From: Nanopusillaceae archaeon
Lineage (GTDB): Archaea; Nanobdellota; Nanobdellia; Nanobdellales; Nanobdellaceae
NCBI GenBank assembly: GCA_049974095.1
Contig: JBMFJD010000001.1
Span: 60,001-92,000 of the forward strand
Direction of reading: 5' to 3'
Length of the DNA: 32,000 nt
Positions within the stretch are counted from its first letter, which is position 1; every line of letters starts with the position of its first letter. The notes beneath the pieces were generated by a model, which saw only the letters and a program-made list of their open reading frames with translations, was not told the origin of the DNA and searched no databases. The position numbers were made by a program, and so were the translations under genes. Below are positions 16,391 to 26,305 of the stretch, piece after piece.

Positions 16391-17623
16391 ATGACAACAA
16401 ATTCTATAATTGATTACTTTTTAACCGATTTTGAAAGAATATCTCAAAAAAATAATAGTTTTATTATAGATGGGAGATACCTGGAAGAAGATTTTGTTCC
16501 ATTAGAAATAAAATTTAGAGATAAACAAAAAGAAATAATTTTATCTAATATTAGTTTATTTTTAAATAGAAGTACAGGTAATAATTTATTTTTATATGGA
16601 AATACAGGTACTGGCAAAACATTGATGGCAAGGTTTTTAAATAAAGGAATTAGAGTATATTCTGCAAAAAATAAATTAAAGGTAAAGATTTCATATATAA
16701 ATTGCAAACAAATATTATCAAGTGAAGTAGATTATTATATATTTAAAAGAATATATGAAGAATTGATTAATAATACAGTAAAATCTGGTATTAGAAAAAA
16801 TGATTTATATGAAAATATATATAAATTTGTAATAAATAATGATTATAAATTAATAATTATCCTAGATGAAGCAGATCAGATATTTAATAAAAAAGAAAAT
16901 ACAGAAATATTATATTTCCTATTAAGAAATTATGATATAAACTTTATAAGTAGAATAAGATTAATATTAATTTCTAATTCCCCATCTTTTATTTCTGAAC
17001 TAGATCAAAGAATAAAATCATCATTTTCATCAATAATAAAAGTAAAATTTCCTCCATATGATTATTATCAATTAAAGGAAATATTAATAGATAGAGCATC
17101 AAAAGCATTTTTATCAGGTACAATATCTGAAGAAAGTATAAATTATATTGCTGCAAAGGTTGCAAAAGAATTTTCTGGGGATGCAAGGGTTGCAATAAAT
17201 ATATTAAAATTATCTGCTACAATAGCTTATAGTAGAAATAAAAATAGAATAGAAAAAGAAGATATTGATGAAGCATTTGAAAGTGCAGATTTAAATATAA
17301 TACAAGACATGATTAATACATTAAATAAAACTCAAAAAAGAATTCTATTTAGTTTAATTAGGAAACAAATAGAAAAAGGAGATTATGTACAATTTAATGA
17401 ATTATATGAAGAATTTGTAAAAATATCAAACGAAATAGGATTTGAAGTATTGGATAAAACAACAGTATACAAAAATTTAAAAAAGATAGAAAATATTTTT
17501 GGAGAATATATTGAATCAAAAATTATATCAAAAGGAAAAAATGGAATAAACAAAATAATAAAAATAATTGTTGATAAAGATAATCTTAAAAAGATGTATG
17601 ACATATTAAAAGAAGAGATATGA
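16391..17623 (+). CDS. cdc6: Cdc6/Orc1 replication initiator (AAA+ plus winged helix)
   Basis: Walker A LYGNTGTGKT, Walker B IIILDEAD, sensor region LILISN, then ...GDARVAINILK and a C-terminal winged-helix-like region. Confidence 0.9.
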   Translation: MTTNSIIDYFLTDFERISQKNNSFIIDGRYLEEDFVPLEIKFRDKQKEIILSNISLFLNRSTGNNLFLYGNTGTGKTLMARFLNKGIRVYSAKNKLKVKISYINCKQILSSEVDYYIFKRIYEELINNTVKSGIRKNDLYENIYKFVINNDYKLIIILDEADQIFNKKENTEILYFLLRNYDINFISRIRLILISNSPSFISELDQRIKSSFSSIIKVKFPPYDYYQLKEILIDRASKAFLSGTISEESINYIAAKVAKEFSGDARVAINILKLSATIAYSRNKNRIEKEDIDEAFESADLNIIQDMINTLNKTQKRILFSLIRKQIEKGDYVQFNELYEEFVKISNEIGFEVLDKTTVYKNLKKIENIFGEYIESKIISKGKNGINKIIKIIVDKDNLKKMYDILKEEI

Positions 17624-19317
17624 AAAAAGAAGATATATTAAAAAAACTGTGGGAAAATAATATAATAATTACAAAAAATGTTTCTGAGAAACTAGATAGT
17701 CTATCTGATGAAATTATTGATAAGATAATAAAAGAAGCAATAAAAGAGAATATACAGGTTCTTGATATAAATTTTTTAAATAAAATATTAGGAAATAATG
17801 AAGTAAAAAGCAATGATAATGAAGAAAAAAATATTTTATCTTTTTTTGGAGATAAATCAAATAAGAAAATTGTAGAAAAGAAAGAAGTAAATGTTGGAAA
17901 TTTAAATATATCAATAGAAAAAATTTTTGAAAAAAATGAAGAAAAAACAAAAATAAAGAAAGAAGTAACTGTAGAAATATATAATAAGAATAAAAAATTT
18001 ATTGGAGAAGAAATAGAGACAAATATTAAAGAATTAAATCAAACAGATAGAATAAATATATTAAAGAAATTTGAAATACAGAAAAATAAACCAGATATCG
18101 CATCATGGATTTCATATTACAAATCAAGATTAAATAAAATAAAGAAAATATTAAAAGAGCATGCTCAAATAAAAGAATTATATCCATTAGATAAAATACC
18201 TGAGGAAAGAGAAAATGTTGCAATTGCTGGTTTAATATATGATAAAAGAATAACAGATAAGGGTATTATATTTATAATAGAAGATGGGAATTCCATTGTA
18301 AAGGTTTTTGTTGATAAAAATAATGAAAATATCAATTTTAAAATTGCAAGAGACATTCCTTTAGATTCTGTTATTGCGTTTGTTGGTAGATATCATAATA
18401 AAATGTTTTTTGCAGATGATTTAATATTTCCGGATGTTCCTATAAGAAAGCCAAAAACATATGGAGATGAAGATGTATATATTTTATTTACTGGAGATTG
18501 GCAGATTGGTAATAAATATACTTTTTATGATTTATTTGACAGGTTTCTTAATTTTTTAAATGAAAAAACAGATAATGAAAAAATAAATGATTTAGCAAGA
18601 AAAATAGGATATTTATTAGTTATAGGAGATGTTGTAGATGGTGTTGGAGTATACCCAGAACAGAAAGATGAATTAATATATAAAACTTTTGAAGAACAAT
18701 ATCAAAAATTTGAAGAATTTATATTAAATATTCCAGAATTTATTAAAGTTGCAATAATACCAGGAAATCATGATATTCCTAGACTGGCAGAACCTCAACC
18801 ACCTTTATCAAAATCATTATTAAAACAATCTTATGAAATGGAAAATATATTATATTTATCAAATCCTTCATATGTACAATTACATAATTCTATTAATGTA
18901 TTGATGTATCATGGTTATGTATTAGATTGGTTAGTTTCAAGTATTCCAATATTAAGGGAAAAGGGAGGATATGAAAATCCTGGAGAATTAATGAAATTTT
19001 TATTAATGTTGAGGTTATTAGCTCCAACACACGGTTCTACTCCTTATATACCATATTTAAATGATGATCCATTGGTAATAGATATTTTACCAGATATTTT
19101 TCATACAGGTCATATACATAGGGCATCATATGATGAATATAGAGGAATAGATATGATAAATTCATCAACATTTCAAGATATTACACCATATCAAAAAGAA
19201 CTTGGTCATAAACCAAATCCAGGTTTTGTTTTCTTAAGAAATATTAAAAATGGAGAAGCATTGGCAATTAATTTATTCGATTATTCTATAGTAAGAATAA
19301 GGGAAAAAGTCATATAA
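17620..19317 (+). CDS. DNA polymerase II (PolD) small subunit DP1
   Basis: Calcineurin-like phosphoesterase motifs in the C-terminal half (LFTGDWQIGN, VIGDVVDGVGVYP, IPGNHD, MYHGY, FHTGHIH). An OB-fold-like segment (VAIAGLIYDKRITDKGIIFIIEDGNSIVKVFV) sits after a low-complexity N-terminus. ATGA overlap with cdc6. Confidence 0.88.
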   Translation: MKKEDILKKLWENNIIITKNVSEKLDSLSDEIIDKIIKEAIKENIQVLDINFLNKILGNNEVKSNDNEEKNILSFFGDKSNKKIVEKKEVNVGNLNISIEKIFEKNEEKTKIKKEVTVEIYNKNKKFIGEEIETNIKELNQTDRINILKKFEIQKNKPDIASWISYYKSRLNKIKKILKEHAQIKELYPLDKIPEERENVAIAGLIYDKRITDKGIIFIIEDGNSIVKVFVDKNNENINFKIARDIPLDSVIAFVGRYHNKMFFADDLIFPDVPIRKPKTYGDEDVYILFTGDWQIGNKYTFYDLFDRFLNFLNEKTDNEKINDLARKIGYLLVIGDVVDGVGVYPEQKDELIYKTFEEQYQKFEEFILNIPEFIKVAIIPGNHDIPRLAEPQPPLSKSLLKQSYEMENILYLSNPSYVQLHNSINVLMYHGYVLDWLVSSIPILREKGGYENPGELMKFLLMLRLLAPTHGSTPYIPYLNDDPLVIDILPDIFHTGHIHRASYDEYRGIDMINSSTFQDITPYQKELGHKPNPGFVFLRNIKNGEALAINLFDYSIVRIREKVI

Positions 19318-19342
19318 AATATTCATAAAATATATACAAAGT

Positions 19343-19624
19343 ATGAAAATAGTTAGGGAAAATGATAATGAAATAGAAATATTGTTTGAAAAAGATAGAC
19401 CAACATCTGTCATGCTAATAAAAGAAGAATTGGATAAAGACGAAAATGTAATAATTTCTGGATGGAGAGAAGATCATCCTTTATTAAAGAATATATATTT
19501 GTATATAAGAACAAATAATAAAGAAAAAGCAAGAGAGGCTTTAATTAATGCAATTGAAAGGGCTTTAAAGAGGGTTTCTAATTTTAGAGAAGAATATAAT
19601 AAAATAATTGATGAACTTAGATAA
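19343..19624 (+). CDS. rpoL: DNA-directed RNA polymerase subunit Rpo11 (RpoL)
   Basis: The size (93 aa) and pattern fit Rpo11: NEIEILFEKDRPTSVMLIKEELDKDENVIISGWREDHPLLKNIYLYIRTN...AREALINAIERAL, i.e. E.E....T..N.L...L....V.f..Y...HPl...+.i.T....p..Al..A. Confidence 0.7.
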   Translation: MKIVRENDNEIEILFEKDRPTSVMLIKEELDKDENVIISGWREDHPLLKNIYLYIRTNNKEKAREALINAIERALKRVSNFREEYNKIIDELR

Positions 19625-21416
19625 AGTTACTTTAGATACTTCTGTAATTATTGATGAATATTTATCAAAAGCAATAGAAGAAAATAGAATAAACGTAAAA
19701 GAAATAATAATTCCATTACCTGCTATTGATGAATTACAGGCACAAGCAAACAAAGGATATGAAAAAGGAGTTGTTGGGCTAAGAGAAATACAAAGATTAA
19801 GAGAATTATCTGAAAAATATGGAATCAAGATAACAATATTAGGAGAAAAACCAACATTGGAGCAAATAAAATTAGCAAAATCTGGATATATTGATTATTT
19901 AATAATAAAAATTGCTATGAATACAAACTCTACATTATTGACATCAGATAGAATTTTATATGAAACAGCAAAAGCATATAATGTTAAATGCATGTATATA
20001 GAAAAACAAAATGTTTCTATTGAAAAACCATCATTTTTAGATTTATTTACAGATGATACAATGTCAGTTCATATTATTGAAAATACAAAGGTAAAAAGAA
20101 AAAGGGGAAGACCTGGAGAATGGTATTTAGAAGAAACAGATATTATATATGATAGAGAAAAAATTGAAAAATTGATTGATGAAATAATTTTTATTGTAAG
20201 AAATAGAAGAGATTCTTTTATTGAAAAAGAAAGGAAAAGTAGCTTAATAATACAAATTGGAATGTTTAGAATTGTAATTGTAAAACCTCCTTTATCTGAT
20301 TCGTATGAAATAACAATTGTAAGACCAGTTAAGATATTAAAATTGGAAGATTATAATTTACCAGAAAAGATATTAGAGAGATTTAAGGAAAAAGCAGAAG
20401 GAATTGTTATTACTGGAAAACCTGGATCTGGAAAAACAACATTTGCACAAGCATTAGCAGAATATTATCTAAATATGAAGAAAATTGTAAAAACAATAGA
20501 ATCTCCAAGAGATTTATTTTTATCACCAGATATTGTTCAATATTCAAAAAATTCTTCAGATAGAAATGAATTACACGATATTTTATTATTATCAAGACCA
20601 GATTATGTTATATTTGATGAAATGAGAAATACTGATGATTTTAAAATATATATTGATTTAAGACTTGCTGGTGTTGGAATGATTGGAGTTGCACATGCAG
20701 AGAGACCAATAGATATAATACATAGATTTTTATCTAGAACAGAGCTTGGATTAATACCTCAAATAATTGATACAATAGTATATATTGAGAAAGGAAAGAT
20801 AGAGAAAGTATACTATTTAAATTTGGTTGTTAAAATACCACACGGATTAAAAGAAGAAGATCTTGCAAGACCTGTTGTAGAAATTAGAGATTATTTAACA
20901 AATGAAGTAGAATATGAGATATATACATTTGGAGAAGAAATAATGGTTGTACCTGTTAAAAAATATAAATTTAAATCTGGAATACAAAGATTTTTAGAAG
21001 ATTTATTAAATTCTGAATTTAAAAGAAAATATAGTAATGTATTTATTTATGTATATGATGATAAAATTATATTTTATATTCCAAGAAATTTAAGAAAGAA
21101 ATTTATTAAGAATGAGAAAAGGTATTTATTAAGTATTAAAAACAAATATAATCTAAGAATAGAAATAAGATCCTTAGAAAGTTTAGAAAACGAAAGTATA
21201 CCATATGATTATGAAATAGAAAAGAATCAAATAGTTTTGATATCAAATAGTTTATTTAAGAAAAAAGATGTAGAAATATATGTTGATAATAAATCTATTG
21301 GAAGATTTAAAGTAAATAAGAAAGGAAAAATTGTTATTGATAGAAATAGCGAAATTGGGAAATTTTTAGAAGAAGCAATAAATAATAAAAGAAAAATAGA
21401 AATAAGATTAATATGA
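19608..21416 (+). CDS. PIN domain / P-loop ATPase (PilT/PhoH-like) / KH-domain protein (COG1855-type archaeal ATPase)
   Basis: N-terminal PIN-like LDTSVIIDE...LTSD. Walker A ITGKPGSGKTTFAQALAEY and Walker B-like YVIFDEMR. The C-terminal region is KH-like. It overlaps rpoL by 17 nt. Confidence 0.7.
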   Translation: MMNLDKVTLDTSVIIDEYLSKAIEENRINVKEIIIPLPAIDELQAQANKGYEKGVVGLREIQRLRELSEKYGIKITILGEKPTLEQIKLAKSGYIDYLIIKIAMNTNSTLLTSDRILYETAKAYNVKCMYIEKQNVSIEKPSFLDLFTDDTMSVHIIENTKVKRKRGRPGEWYLEETDIIYDREKIEKLIDEIIFIVRNRRDSFIEKERKSSLIIQIGMFRIVIVKPPLSDSYEITIVRPVKILKLEDYNLPEKILERFKEKAEGIVITGKPGSGKTTFAQALAEYYLNMKKIVKTIESPRDLFLSPDIVQYSKNSSDRNELHDILLLSRPDYVIFDEMRNTDDFKIYIDLRLAGVGMIGVAHAERPIDIIHRFLSRTELGLIPQIIDTIVYIEKGKIEKVYYLNLVVKIPHGLKEEDLARPVVEIRDYLTNEVEYEIYTFGEEIMVVPVKKYKFKSGIQRFLEDLLNSEFKRKYSNVFIYVYDDKIIFYIPRNLRKKFIKNEKRYLLSIKNKYNLRIEIRSLESLENESIPYDYEIEKNQIVLISNSLFKKKDVEIYVDNKSIGRFKVNKKGKIVIDRNSEIGKFLEEAINNKRKIEIRLI

Positions 21417-23170
21417 AAAGGATTGCTGTAATAGATAGGGATAGATGTAAGGCTCCTGATAAATGTGATTATATATGTATGAAAGTATGTCCTATTCAAA
21501 AAAATAATTTGGAAATATTTAAAATATTACAAGATAAGAAACCATCTATTGATGAATCTTTATGTATTGGTTGCGGAATATGTGTTAAAAAATGTCCATA
21601 TAATGCAATTATTATAATAAATTTAACAAAAGAACCAGAAGATAAACCTGTATTCCAATATGGACCAAATACATTTAGATTATATAGATTACCAATAATA
21701 AAGGAAGGACAAATAATTGGAATAATTGGAAGAAATGGAATGGGAAAAACCACAGCAATAAATATTATTGCAGGATTATTAAAGCCAAATTTTGGAGATT
21801 TTAATAAAAAATGGGAAGATAAAGAAATAATAAGAGAATTTAGAGGAACAGAATTGCAAAAATATTTTGAAAAATTATATAGTAATCAGGTAAAAATATC
21901 ATATAAGCCACAAAATATTTTACAGATTAGAAATATGGTAAAAGATTTAAAAGTAAGAGAATTTTTATCAAAAGTTATAAACAATGTTGATAAAGTATCT
22001 GAAGACTTTGGAATAAAAAATATATTGGAAAAAAAGATAGAAAATTTATCTGGTGGAGAATTACAAAAAGTAATATATTTATATTCTTTATATAAAGAAC
22101 ATAATTTGCTTTTAATAGATGAGATAACCAATTATTTAGATATATATGAGAGATTAAAAATATTAAATAATTTAAATGAATTAAAAGGAAAAGATACAAT
22201 TATTATTATTGATCATGATCTATTATTCTTGGATTCGATTTCTGATATAATGCATATTGTATATGGAGTACAAAAAGCATATGGTGTATTCTCATATCCA
22301 ATTGGAACAAAAGAAGGAATAAATCAATATTTATCTGGATTTATAAAAAGAGAAAATTTAAAGATAAGGGATAAACCAATTAGATTGGATGTTAAAAGTT
22401 ATACAGATGTAAAATTTGGAGAAAAAATTGTTGAATGGGAAAATTTAAAAGTAAATCTTGGCAATTTTATATTAGAAGCTGAAAAAGGAGAAATAAGAAA
22501 AAATGAGATAATTGGAATAATTGGAAGAAATGGAATTGGAAAAACTACTTTTGTTAGAACATTAGCTGGAGAAATAAAATATGAAGGATATGTATCAAAA
22601 AATATAACTATTTCATATAAACCACAATTCTTTGATTTTTCTCAATATAATATTACTGTAGATCAATTTCTATCAAAATTTAATGAAAAATATAAATCAG
22701 AGTTTAAAGATTATTTACCAGATCTATATATTTCAGATTTATTAGATAGAGAGATAAATACATTATCTGGAGGAGAAAGCCAGACAGTTTATACATTTGC
22801 AACATTGATTAAAGATGCGGATTTATATTTATTAGATGAACCATTTGCAAATTTAGATATAGAACAAAGATTAGTTTTATCAAAATTTATTAGAGACATA
22901 ATAAAAAGTAAGGGAAAAGCATGTTTAATTGTAGATCATGATCTAATATTTCTAAATTGGATATCTGATAGATTATTAGTTTTTTTAGGAGAACCTGGAA
23001 AAAAAGGAAGAGTTACTGGACCATATGAAAATAAAGAAGGATTAAATATTTTCTTAAAAGAATTAGATATTACAATGAGGACAGATAAGGAAACTAAAAG
23101 ACCAAGAATAAATAAAAAAGGAAGTAGATTAGATCTAATACAAAAAGAGAGGGGAATATATTACGAGTAG
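21413..23170 (+). CDS. abce1: ABCE1 / RNase L inhibitor-type ribosome recycling ATPase
   Basis: N-terminal FeS domain (RIAVIDRDRCKAPDKCDYICMKVCP...CIGCGICVKKCPYNAI). Two ABC cassettes (GIIGRNGMGKTT, LSGGELQ, LLLIDE; GIIGRNGIGKTT, LSGGESQ, LYLLDEP). ATGA overlap with the upstream gene. Confidence 0.92.
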   Translation: MKRIAVIDRDRCKAPDKCDYICMKVCPIQKNNLEIFKILQDKKPSIDESLCIGCGICVKKCPYNAIIIINLTKEPEDKPVFQYGPNTFRLYRLPIIKEGQIIGIIGRNGMGKTTAINIIAGLLKPNFGDFNKKWEDKEIIREFRGTELQKYFEKLYSNQVKISYKPQNILQIRNMVKDLKVREFLSKVINNVDKVSEDFGIKNILEKKIENLSGGELQKVIYLYSLYKEHNLLLIDEITNYLDIYERLKILNNLNELKGKDTIIIIDHDLLFLDSISDIMHIVYGVQKAYGVFSYPIGTKEGINQYLSGFIKRENLKIRDKPIRLDVKSYTDVKFGEKIVEWENLKVNLGNFILEAEKGEIRKNEIIGIIGRNGIGKTTFVRTLAGEIKYEGYVSKNITISYKPQFFDFSQYNITVDQFLSKFNEKYKSEFKDYLPDLYISDLLDREINTLSGGESQTVYTFATLIKDADLYLLDEPFANLDIEQRLVLSKFIRDIIKSKGKACLIVDHDLIFLNWISDRLLVFLGEPGKKGRVTGPYENKEGLNIFLKELDITMRTDKETKRPRINKKGSRLDLIQKERGIYYE

Positions 23171-23326
23171 CTATTCTGCTTTTACAAATACATATACTGT
23201 TCCTCCACAATATGGGCATTTTCCTTTAATTGCTGTTCTTCCATTCTTTAACGTTACTTTCACAGGATCTTTTACAGGTACTTTCTTTTTACATCTTACA
23301 CAATATGCCATATATTGTTCAGCCAT
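23171..23326 (-). CDS. Small zinc-ribbon protein (51 aa), DUF5679-like; below the ORF-track size cutoff
   Basis: My translation of the minus strand is MAEQYMAYCVRCKKKVPVKDPVKVTLKNGRTAIKGKCPYCGGTVYVFVKAE. It has CxxC...CxxC spaced as in the small archaeal zinc ribbons of this family. Its TAG stop directly abuts the abce1 stop. The region is noticeably less AT-rich than true spacers. Confidence 0.6.
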   Translation of the reverse strand: MAEQYMAYCVRCKKKVPVKDPVKVTLKNGRTAIKGKCPYCGGTVYVFVKAE

Positions 23327-23416
23327 TAAGTGTTTTTGTTGAAAATACTTATATATTTATTGGGGTATAATATAAATAAAAGAAAGAATAGAATTATAGT
23401 ATATTTGATTAAAAAA

Positions 23417-24430
23417 CTATGTTATGTTTTCCAAAACTTTATCATCTATATTTATTATTAAATATTCATTTTCCTTTGAAATATTTATATTAATATTTAG
23501 TTCCCCAAATTTTTTTCTTATTTCTTCTATATCATAATTTGAAAAAATCCAAGAATAAATTGTTAAAAATTGGGCAATCTTTTCCATTTTATTAATTTCG
23601 TTATTTATTTCTTCTAAGTGTTTCTTTTGTTCTTCCATTATTCTTTTTATTTTTTCTTTTCTTTCATTTAATTCCCTAATTTTTTTATTTTCTATTATGC
23701 TATTATATAATTTAATGAAGTAAGAATTCATATCTTTTATAATATTTCCTTCATTATCAATTATTAAATTTAATTCAACAATCTCTCTATAAATTTCATA
23801 TATTTTTCTAGCTTCCTCTTCACTGATTTCTCCAGGTTTTTTATCTTTTTTTATATTTAATTTATTTAATATATATTCTGAATATTTTCCACCCAATGAG
23901 AAATCTATAGATAATGTTCTTACAATATCTTTTTTATTAGAATTTTTTATTTTTTGATAAAAATCATCAAAATTATTATATATGAATAAATTCTTTGGAG
24001 GTTTTTTATATTCTTCTCCTTTATATATTTTTCTTATTCCAAAATCTTTATATTGATTTGCATATAATATTTTATTATTTAAATCTGTTATAATAATTAA
24101 TCCATTTGGAAATAATTCAAAATATATTCTTTTTTCATCAGTTTCAATAATAATTATTTTATCTTCTTCATTCAATTTAAATTTTATCTTTTTTCCATTA
24201 AAATCTTTTCTTAATCTTAATAAAAATTTGTTTGTTTCTTCTCTTTCCTTTATATTATATAAAAATATTATCTTTCCAGGTATTATATATAAAAACCTGT
24301 TTTCAATTCCCTTCTTATATATTTCAATTATTATTCCTTCTTCACTATTAAATATATTTTTTATTATTGAATCATTAATTTTTTCTTTATTTTCTTCATA
24401 CCATTTTTTTAGTTCAAAATAATTTATCAT
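23417..24430 (-). CDS. NFACT-N domain protein (Rqc2/NEMF/FbpA-family ribosome quality control homolog), short form
   Basis: The N-terminus MINYFELKKWYEENKEKINDSIIKNIF...IIEIYKKG...YIIPGKIIFL...FLLRLRKDFNGKKIKFKLNEEDKIIIIETDEKRIYFELFPNGLIIITDLNNKILYA fits the NFACT-N pattern and is followed by a coiled coil. At 337 aa it is shorter than typical archaeal homologs. Confidence 0.6.
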   Translation of the reverse strand: MINYFELKKWYEENKEKINDSIIKNIFNSEEGIIIEIYKKGIENRFLYIIPGKIIFLYNIKEREETNKFLLRLRKDFNGKKIKFKLNEEDKIIIIETDEKRIYFELFPNGLIIITDLNNKILYANQYKDFGIRKIYKGEEYKKPPKNLFIYNNFDDFYQKIKNSNKKDIVRTLSIDFSLGGKYSEYILNKLNIKKDKKPGEISEEEARKIYEIYREIVELNLIIDNEGNIIKDMNSYFIKLYNSIIENKKIRELNERKEKIKRIMEEQKKHLEEINNEINKMEKIAQFLTIYSWIFSNYDIEEIRKKFGELNININISKENEYLIINIDDKVLENIT

Positions 24431-24495
24431 AAAAATATATTTCTAAATACTTTTATATGAAGAAGATTTGGGGCACTGATAAATGATAAAATTTC

Positions 24496-26220
24496 TTAAA
24501 CAGATTTCTTTCCAATTATAATATATTTTCTAAATAAATGTTTGTTTATCTTTATTACATATGTTTTTATTTTATAAGAATTTAATAATTCAATTATTTT
24601 CTCTAATTCTTCCTCAAAATCTTTTATTTCAAAAATATCTACATAATTTATTGATATAAGATATCCATTATTTTTTAAAGCTTTGTATATATTTTTTACA
24701 AACTTGTTTTTATCTATTATAAATTTCAATGTTTCATATACAATTATTAAATCAATGCTATCATATAGAAACTTTGGTATTTCATCTTTTTTTGCAATAT
24801 ATACAAAATAATTCTCTAATTTTTTTGCTTTCTTTAGTAATTTTCTTATAATTTTTAACGAAATATCAATTCCATATATCTTTACATTATATTTTTTTGC
24901 AATTTCAATAGATATATCTCCTAAAAAAGGACCGAAATCCAATATCTTATATTTATTTTTAACAAAGCATTCAATTATCTTAATATCTTCTTTATGAAAT
25001 ATTTTCCTAAACAAATATGAAAGAAAATATAAATATGAAAAATAGAATCTTATCAATTTTATATTCTTTTTCCAAGTAATTTTTAATGCTATAAATATTG
25101 ATAAAATAAATATAAAGAATGAAATTATTAAAATTAGAATATTTTGAATAATATAATAAAAGAGATAATAAAAGAAGATTGTTAATGCCAATATTGATAA
25201 AAATATTTTGAAAAATCTTTTTCTACTAAAATATTTTGAGGATAATTTTATTTTATTGTATGATATTATATAAAGAATATAAATAATTATTGTAAAAATT
25301 GAGAAAAAAGATAATATATCAGTGATTTTAAATATAGATATTAAAATTAATATTAAAAAAGTTGAAAGAAAAATATTAAATATTGGAGAATCATTTCTAT
25401 TCTTTATTCTAAATATATATGGAAGCAATTTTTCCTCAGATATATATTTTAATATATTATTTGCAGTATAGAACCAAATATATGTTGTTAATATACCAAA
25501 TGGTAAAGAAAGAAATAATATTAATGTATAAAAATGAGAATTTCTAATATTTAGAAAAGAAAGATATAATAAAAAAGATAAAATAGATATTATAATTGTT
25601 CCATAATATGTAGAATTTCCTGTTTTTTTGCTATTAAAATAATTTGAATAATAAGTTAAAAGATCAATACCAGAAAATATTGAAGAAAAATAAATTAGTG
25701 AAAAAGAAAAAATATTTGTATTATTTTCTATATTTAAATTTATAGGATAAATAAAAGATAAAATTATTATTAATAGGAAAAAAGATAAATAAGATATTAT
25801 TTCTTCAAATTTACTTTCAATATTTATATCAAATAGATTAAATAATAAGAAAATTAAAATAATTAAATATGGAATAAAAACAAGATAAATATCTATTTCT
25901 TTTAGAAAATATAAAAGTAAATAAAATTCTGAAGAAATGAAAGAAATTGTTGATAAATAATATGTTATTCCTAAATATGGCAATAGATGTCTAGATAATT
26001 TACCTATATAATGAAAAATCCCCATTTTATTAGGATCTCTAGTTATAGAATCTCTTAGAAGATAAGAAAGAAAAATAAAAGATAAAATAAATGGAATTGA
26101 TGATAAAAGTAAAAATATTGGTGATATATAATCTGATTTAATTAATAATAAAAGGAAAGGGACAGTAGGAGTTATAATCGAAGAAATAAATATTATTAAA
26201 TAATCAAATGTTCTTTTCAT
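24496..26220 (-). CDS. Polytopic membrane protein (APC-superfamily permease-like, ~10-12 TM) fused to a C-terminal class I SAM-dependent methyltransferase-like domain
   Basis: About 400 aa of consecutive hydrophobic segments include permease-like stretches (SSIFSGIDLLTYYSNYF, LPYIFRIKNRNDSPIFNIFLS). The soluble tail then carries methyltransferase motif I KILDFGPFLGDISIEIAKKYNVKIYGIDIS and post-I/II-like DLIIVYETLKFI...LKNNGYLIS. Confidence 0.55.
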   Translation of the reverse strand: MKRTFDYLIIFISSIITPTVPFLLLLIKSDYISPIFLLLSSIPFILSFIFLSYLLRDSITRDPNKMGIFHYIGKLSRHLLPYLGITYYLSTISFISSEFYLLLYFLKEIDIYLVFIPYLIILIFLLFNLFDINIESKFEEIISYLSFFLLIIILSFIYPINLNIENNTNIFSFSLIYFSSIFSGIDLLTYYSNYFNSKKTGNSTYYGTIIISILSFLLYLSFLNIRNSHFYTLILFLSLPFGILTTYIWFYTANNILKYISEEKLLPYIFRIKNRNDSPIFNIFLSTFLILILISIFKITDILSFFSIFTIIIYILYIISYNKIKLSSKYFSRKRFFKIFLSILALTIFFYYLFYYIIQNILILIISFFIFILSIFIALKITWKKNIKLIRFYFSYLYFLSYLFRKIFHKEDIKIIECFVKNKYKILDFGPFLGDISIEIAKKYNVKIYGIDISLKIIRKLLKKAKKLENYFVYIAKKDEIPKFLYDSIDLIIVYETLKFIIDKNKFVKNIYKALKNNGYLISINYVDIFEIKDFEEELEKIIELLNSYKIKTYVIKINKHLFRKYIIIGKKSV

Positions 26221-26305
26221 TTAAATGCAGTTTTTCTTAAAAAATATAACAATTTGTCATTACTCATAAGTAACCAATTTAAATTATGCTATTAATATAT
26301 TTGCT

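Noticed and set aside
16444-22199. Numerous 60-90-aa minus-strand ORFs inside cdc6, PolD-DP1, the PIN-ATPase and abce1 (e.g. 16444-16707, 17586-17813, 19565-19828, 21227-21499, 21886-22131)
   Set aside because: Each is fully embedded antisense in a strongly supported gene and has hydrophobic low-complexity composition. The same reasoning applies to 7056-7310, 8007-8222, 12721-13038, 13624-13884, 14760-15020, 14822-15007, 15184-15399, 24228-24422, 27933-28154 and 28581-28787.
24461-24495. GGGGCACTGATAAATGATAAAA, resembling D'/C' box fragments, in the spacer between the NFACT and permease genes
   Set aside because: Only a single CTGA and a degenerate ATGATAA are present. There are no terminal C/D pair and no flanking complementary ends. 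The spacer is more simply the NFACT gene's promoter region.
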